64,000 nucleotides of DNA from an uncultured bacterium. Its GTDB lineage: Bacteria > Actinomycetota > Thermoleophilia > Solirubrobacterales > 70-9. Position numbers and translations under genes: made by a program. Shown here one piece after another: positions 60,310-64,000 of this stretch (its first letter is position 1; each line of letters opens with the position of its first letter). Below the pieces are notes generated by a model. It was not told the DNA's origin, searched no databases, and saw nothing but the letters and a program-made list of their open reading frames with translations. The stretch spans positions 333,347 to 397,346 of the forward strand of contig CAWDLT010000009.1 in the NCBI GenBank assembly GCA_963803305.1. Direction: 5' to 3'.

Positions 60310-60765
60310 ATGATTCGCCATATGGATGACGTTGACCGCACGATTCTTTCGCTTCTGGTGGAGGATGGGCGCCGCACCTACGGTGACATCGCGGCTCAGG
60401 TGAGCCTCTCCGCGCCGTCGGTGAAGCGCCGCGTCGACCGGCTGCGAGCGAACGGCGCCCTGGAGGGCTTCACCGCGGTCGTCGACCACGGGGCGATGGG
60501 CTGGAACACCGAGGCGCTGGTGGAGCTCTTCTTTCAGGCGGGCACGACGCTCGACCGGGTGGCGAAGACCCTGCGCGAGCACCCTGAGGTGGTCGAGGCG
60601 TGGAGCGTCACCGGGGAGGCCGACGCGATCGCCCGCGTGCGGACCGACGACAACGGTGCGCTCGAGCGCCTGATCATGGACCTTCAGAAGGACGGTCAGG
60701 TGATCCGCACCCGTTCGCAGGTGGTGATGTCTCGGCTGGTCGGGAGGGCAGGCGAGGGGTCGTAG
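60310..60765 (+). CDS. Lrp/AsnC-family transcriptional regulator
   Basis: MDDVDRTILSLLVEDGRRTYGDIAAQVSLSAPSVKRRVDRLRANGAL plus a C-terminal RAM/AsnC_trans_reg domain. It is divergent from 58069-60255. Confidence 0.9.
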   Translation: MIRHMDDVDRTILSLLVEDGRRTYGDIAAQVSLSAPSVKRRVDRLRANGALEGFTAVVDHGAMGWNTEALVELFFQAGTTLDRVAKTLREHPEVVEAWSVTGEADAIARVRTDDNGALERLIMDLQKDGQVIRTRSQVVMSRLVGRAGEGS

Positions 60766-60929
60766 AGCTACAGCGAAGGCCCCCGCTCCTCGGGTAATTC
60801 TCCCAGGTGTAAGGGATCTGCCACGGGGCAGCGCAGAACTGGATCGAACCCGAGACTGGGGTGCAAATTTGCGCCAGAAAGGGCTTGCCAAAGCCGCTTT
60901 CCCGCCTCGGCCAGCCCTATGGTCGGATC

Positions 60930-61330
60930 ATGGCTTCGGATCTCAAGCCCCGCGAGCAGGGAGACCTCGGCGAACTCTCGGCGATGGAGTGGCTCGCCAG
61001 CCAGGGGGGCCACATCTACTTGCCGGTGGGCCACAGCCCGACGTCGACCTGATCGCCGCCTTGGACGATCGGCTCCTACGGATCGAGGTCAAGACATCGA
61101 GCCGGAACACGCGCGGGCGGTGGGATGTGCACATATCGACTCGCGGCGGGAATCAGAGCTGGACGGGCCTCGTCAAGTATTTCGACCCGACCCGATGCGA
61201 CTACTTGTTCGTCCATGTTGGCGATGGCCGCCGATGGTTCATCCCAACGAAAATGCTCCAGGCGAGATCGGGTCTCACGCTAGGCGGATCGAGATACTCC
61301 GAGTTCGAGATCGAGCCGGGCCGGCCGCTC
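60930..61330 (+). pseudogene. PD-(D/E)xK endonuclease-like gene (PDDEXK_5 / group-I-intron-endonuclease type) split by a frameshift
   Basis: Frame 1 reads MASDLKPREQGDLGELSAMEWLASQGGHIYLPVGHSP-TST-stop. Frame 2 continues DVDLIAALDDRLLRIEVKTSS...YLFVHVGDGRRWFIP. The catalytic D...E-V-K is therefore separated from the N-terminus near 61035-61041. Confidence 0.55.
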
Positions 61331-61371
61331 GCGTCGAATCAAGCGCGACCGCCCCTAGAATCGACGTCCCC

Positions 61372-61453
61372 GGGGGAGTATCCAAGCGGTCAACGGACGG
61401 CGCCTGTAAAGCGTCTGGCCCAGCCTTCGCAGGTTCGAATCCTGCCTCCCCCA
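61372..61453 (+). tRNA. tRNA-Tyr (anticodon GTA), class II with a long variable arm
   Basis: Manual fold: GGGGGAG TA TCC AAGCGGTCAAC GGA C GGCGC CTGTAAA GCGTC TGGCCCAGCCTTC GCAGG TTCGAAT CCTGC CTCCCCC A. It is 82 nt and CCA is not encoded. Confidence 0.9.
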
Positions 61454-61498
61454 TCGGCGGCGGCTGTTCCAGGGAAGGGGACGGATTCGCCCCGGGAA

Positions 61499-61651
61499 GT
61501 GAGGCTCGCCCGGGCGCGGATCTGGGGCAAGGGGCAGATCACGATCCCAGCGGGGCCGCGTAGGGCCGCGGGACTCCAGGTGGGCGACGACCTCTACGTG
61601 GAAGCCCGGGACGACGGAACGCTGTTGGTGACGCGCATCCCGAATCGCTAG
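61499..61651 (+). CDS. Small AbrB/MazE/SpoVT-type DNA-binding protein (orphan, 50 aa)
   Basis: GKGQITIPAGPRRAAGLQVGDDLYVEARDDGTLLVTRIP matches the SpoVT-AbrB swapped-hairpin pattern. The GTG start at 61499 is tentative. No toxin partner is present. Confidence 0.45.
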   Translation: MRLARARIWGKGQITIPAGPRRAAGLQVGDDLYVEARDDGTLLVTRIPNR

Positions 61652-62400
61652 CGCGATCGCCGCTTGCCGCGGCTCCGCTTGCGCGGCTCGCGCATCGCCC
61701 GCTGGAGGTCGCGGGCGGTTGCCTCCTCCACCGCCTCGCTCATCACCTGCTGGAAGATCGCGAGCACCGCCTCGGAGGCAAGCGGGCGCAGCCGCTCAAG
61801 CGCATCGCGAACCTTCGGCCACTCCTCCTCGGGCCGCCCCGCCCGGTTGAACGGCTTCCAGATGCTCTCCAGGAACAGTTCGACGAAGACCCGGGCGATC
61901 GCGCGAGCGCTGCTTCGCACCTTCGCCGCCACCTCGAGCGCCGCCGCCGGGGGAACGCCCAGGGCCGCCAGTTCCGTCCCGGCGCGCTGGAGGCGCGGAC
62001 TGAGGATCTCGATCCGACCGTCGGGGAGCGGGCGCATCAGGCCGAGCTTCTCGGCCCGCGCGATCAGCGGCGCCTCGAGGCGTCCACCCCACCGCTCACC
62101 CATCTCCTCCGCCGCGAGGATTTCGGGCTCCTCGTCCTCGAACGGTGCCCGTAGGGCCCTGGAGAAGTCGAGCACCTCCCGGCTCGATCCCCCGGCGCCC
62201 TCGAGCAGGCGGCGGATCGCCTCGAGGTTGAAGCCATCCGCCTGGAGCTCCTTGATCAGCTCGATCCGATCCAGATGCTGATCGCCGTAGTAGCCCGTCC
62301 GCCCGCGGACCTCCGGAGGAGGGACGAGCCCCCGCGACTGGTGGGCGCGGATGTTGCGAACCGTCATCCCGGTGCGCCGGGCCAGCTCGTCGATCGTCAT
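61648..62400 (-). CDS. MerR-family transcriptional regulator
   Basis: MTIDELARRTGMTVRNIRAHQSRGLVPPPEVRGRTGYYGDQHLDRIELIKELQ. The longer ORF to 63396 is an artefact. Confidence 0.85.
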   Translation of the reverse strand: MTIDELARRTGMTVRNIRAHQSRGLVPPPEVRGRTGYYGDQHLDRIELIKELQADGFNLEAIRRLLEGAGGSSREVLDFSRALRAPFEDEEPEILAAEEMGERWGGRLEAPLIARAEKLGLMRPLPDGRIEILSPRLQRAGTELAALGVPPAAALEVAAKVRSSARAIARVFVELFLESIWKPFNRAGRPEEEWPKVRDALERLRPLASEAVLAIFQQVMSEAVEEATARDLQRAMREPRKRSRGKRRSR

Positions 62401-62474
62401 CGACGCCCGCTCGCCGGCGCCGTTTCGCCGGCTCGGATTCGCCGTGATACCGGTCACGCCCCTCTCCCACGCAT

Positions 62475-62504
62475 CGAATGTTCCATCAAACGATGTTACA
62501 TTCG
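62475..62504. promoter_or_regulatory. 30-bp inverted repeat in the MerR/hydrolase divergent spacer (candidate operator)
   Basis: CGAATGT-N16-ACATTCG with an inner AAC-gat-GTT, locally AT-rich. Confidence 0.45.
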
Positions 62505-62529
62505 TCCGCGGCCGGGGTATCCACCGACG

Positions 62530-63474
62530 ATGAGACGCGACTTCCCGATTCAGCACGTAGACCTTCATGGCAGCGCCGTGGGCTACCGGATGGCGGGGGA
62601 GGGCCCGGTGATCGTCCTCCTTCACGGGATCACCTCCACCTCGCACGTCTGGGTCGACGCGATGGCCCGCCTGTCGGACCGCTTCACGGTGGTCGCCCCC
62701 GACCTGCTCGGCCACGGACGCTCGGCCAAGCCGCGCGGCGACTACTCGCTCGGCGCCTACGCGAGCGGCGCGCGCGACCTCCTGGGGGCACTCGGCCTCG
62801 AGCGTGGGACGGTCGTCGGACACTCGCTCGGCGGTGGGATCGCGCTCCAGTTCGCATACCAGTTCCCCGAGTACTGCGAGCGCCTGGTCCTGGTGGCGAG
62901 CGGGGGTCTCGGCAAGGAGGTGCATCCCCTGCTTCGCGCGGCATCGCTCCCCGGCTCGGAGCTCGTCCTTCCGCTCCTCACCCCCGGCTGGGCCCTGAGC
63001 GCCGGTTCGGCGGCGGCGGCCGCCCTGGAGCGGGTCGGGCTCAAGGCGGGGACCGACCTGGTCGAGGCCGCACGCGGATACGCGTCGCTCGCCGAGCACG
63101 GCGCGCGCGACGCCTTCGTCCAGACGCTGCGCGCCGTGATCGACCTCGCCGGCCAGCGGGTCAGCGCCGCGGACCGCCTGTATCTGGCCGAGAAGGTCCC
63201 GACGCTCTTGATCTGGGGCACCGAGGATCCGATCATTCCCCTGCGCCACGGGCGCGACGCGCGCCGGCTGATCCCGGGGAGCCGCCTGGTCGAGATGCCG
63301 GGCGCCGGGCACTGGCCTCAGCTCGAGGAGCCCGAGTGGTTCGCAGCCGAGCTGTCCGAGTTCGTCGAGACGACCGAGCCGCACACCTTCGACCAAGAGC
63401 GGATGCGAGGCCTGCTGAGAACCGGCCCCCCGGACACCGTTCGCGCCGAGGTGGTCGGCGGGCCGACCGTCTAG
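62530..63474 (+). CDS. Alpha/beta-fold hydrolase
   Basis: VIVLLHGITSTSHVW, nucleophile elbow GHSLGG and a C-terminal GAGHWPQLE. Confidence 0.85.
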   Translation: MRRDFPIQHVDLHGSAVGYRMAGEGPVIVLLHGITSTSHVWVDAMARLSDRFTVVAPDLLGHGRSAKPRGDYSLGAYASGARDLLGALGLERGTVVGHSLGGGIALQFAYQFPEYCERLVLVASGGLGKEVHPLLRAASLPGSELVLPLLTPGWALSAGSAAAAALERVGLKAGTDLVEAARGYASLAEHGARDAFVQTLRAVIDLAGQRVSAADRLYLAEKVPTLLIWGTEDPIIPLRHGRDARRLIPGSRLVEMPGAGHWPQLEEPEWFAAELSEFVETTEPHTFDQERMRGLLRTGPPDTVRAEVVGGPTV

Positions 63475-63475
63475 C

Positions 63476-64000
<525 letters not shown>

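Noticed and set aside
60835-60885. tRNA-like fragment (ggatcgaacccgag) and the palindrome TGCAAATTTGCA upstream of the nuclease remnant.
   Set aside because: No complementary T-stem, anticodon arm or acceptor stem could be drawn, so it is not a tRNA gene. The palindrome alone is too short to call a site.
60869-61651. A 260-aa ORF spanning the nuclease remnant, tRNA-Tyr and the AbrB-like domain as one protein.
   Set aside because: It reads straight through a well-folding tRNA-Tyr gene. The continuity is due to the lack of stop codons in GC-rich sequence.

Overview
GC-rich, Actinomycetota-like chromosomal segment (taxonomy is inferred from gene content and order only). About 40 kb of the minus strand, from ~50.8 kb down to ~11.1 kb, is one continuous translation/transcription super-cluster: rpmG-secE-nusG-rplKA-rplJL-rpoBC, rpsLG, fusA-tuf, the S10, spc and alpha operons, then truA. 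The flanks carry housekeeping and accessory genes. At the low end these are an acyl-CoA ligase, a patatin-like lipase, a PBP4-type peptidase, ligA, surE, a double-hotdog thioesterase and an ELWxxDGT-repeat protein. At the high end they are two paralogous secreted triple-repeat proteins, an acyl-CoA dehydrogenase, a delta-60 repeat protein, tRNA-Thr, an Lrp-associated operon with a 728-aa unknown protein, tRNA-Tyr, a MerR/hydrolase pair and a partial sigma-70 gene. The gene content is ordinary; what has been added to the ribosomal cluster is not. (1) At least six families of repeated, hairpin-forming elements fill intergenic spacers that are normally tight. (2) One ~100-nt repeat is translated in the same frame inside rplO, rpsE and rpsQ, with a diverged trace in rplJ and a non-coding copy elsewhere. 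(3) Many ribosomal proteins carry long acidic low-complexity extensions. (4) Opposite-strand cassettes interrupt the canonical str operon (a membrane-protein pair) and the map-infA-rpmJ junction (a Fur/VIT1 pair, with no infA in the window). Two apparent frameshifted genes, one internally deleted gene remnant and two orphan intrinsic terminators (candidate sRNA or leader) are also reported. No CRISPR array, rRNA, transposase or recognisable defence system was seen. All calls come from reading the sequence and the ORF track; no database search was run.
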